A DNA stretch of 63,925 nucleotides, counting the filler. It is 8 parts of 8 records of this genome, joined end to end, with 100 filler letters (N's around TTAATTAATTAA, not from the genome) between each part and the next. Parts side by side here need not be neighbours in the genome. Positions count along the whole stretch, not along the records: positions 58,417 to 63,925 come from SRR2962707_2910; 7 more parts are not named here. The stretch is one strand, 5' to 3'. Shown in pieces: positions 63,331-63,925 of this stretch (position 1 is the stretch's first letter; every line of letters begins with the position of its first letter). Below the pieces are notes generated by a model, which worked only from the letters and a program-made list of their open reading frames with translations, was not told where the DNA came from and ran no database searches. The translations under genes were made by a program, and so were the position numbers.

Positions 63331-63925
63331 TTGAAGCACAAAGACCAAAAGATTAACAAATTATTTATTGAAGGCACTCACTGTGAACGAAAAGATTAAC
63401 AAAAGTTCAAAAAGTTGGAGGCACGAGTTTGAACCCACCACCACCGCATACACAGAAACACACACAGCCTGTACAAGGTCGCCTGCAATCACACACATAC
63501 AGCCTGTACAAGTTCCCCAACCCTCCCCACTCAGCCCAATGTTGAAACCCCTACCAACACATTTCGAACCCTGCGTAGCCTTCAGCTCCCTACACGCGGG
63601 TGTATCGTCCCCCTTATTCGGATTTTGCCCTCTTTCAGGCCGATAAGTGCACCCTGACTGGTGGTGGAAACTATGGTGGTGTTTTTGGGCAAACCTCACC
63701 CAGTGTGGAAGCGAGTGGGGAGGCGGAAATCGAGGGTAATGTTTGTGAAAACCACAGATTTTGGGACTAAAATCCATTGTTTGTACTCATTGTGGAGCGG
63801 GCTGAGGGTGCGTTTAGTTGAAGTATTTTTCAGCTTATTTGTTGAGGTCACACAAACGAAGCCTTTTCACATTTCACCCACTTCGCGAACTCATCACTCT
63901 CTCTACGAACTCGTTCTCTCACGAA

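Noticed and set aside
63361-63925. Short ORFs at the end of the window
   Set aside because: Low-complexity sequence with no motifs; probably intergenic or UTR.

Overview
The window is not one locus. It is a concatenation of 8 unrelated contigs joined by identical 100-nt artificial spacers (44 N + TTAATTAATTAA + 44 N). Three contigs are eukaryotic, with short spliceosomal introns and microsatellites, and may come from one flagellated, stramenopile-like protist (inference). 1-10128 carries a 12-intron P1B-1 Cu-ATPase converging on a degenerate PARP-like gene. 40052-45699 carries an MFS transporter with an N-terminal Zn finger converging on an apyrase-like/CoaE fusion. 58417-63925 carries DNAAF3 converging on a SMYD-like SET gene. 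Five contigs are bacterial. 10229-17249 is a nirB-like-nasA-mobA-moaA-moaD-moaE-moaCB operon. 17350-28559 is a surface-polysaccharide cluster with CDP-sugar genes. 28660-39951 is an uncharacterised catabolic operon (Liv-type ABC ATPases, LeuC/D-like, ICL/PEPM-family lyase, hydantoinase B/A, Cys-less isochorismatase, FAD oxidoreductase). 45800-51342 is a Rhodobacteraceae-like housekeeping block (dctM, tpiA, iscA, maa, sufT, protease-rimK fusion, half a tRNA). 51443-58316 has Opp-type ATPases, an unknown ~817-aa protein and a GH38 alpha-mannosidase. The best leads are the lactam/imide-to-dicarboxylate catabolic operon, the spliced NTPDase-like/CoaE fusion, two CxxxC HMA domains inserted inside the ATPase catalytic loop, the pseudo-PARP with DEK-C and CW domains, and the unknown protein beside GH38. 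All family assignments come from motif recognition by eye; no database searches were run.
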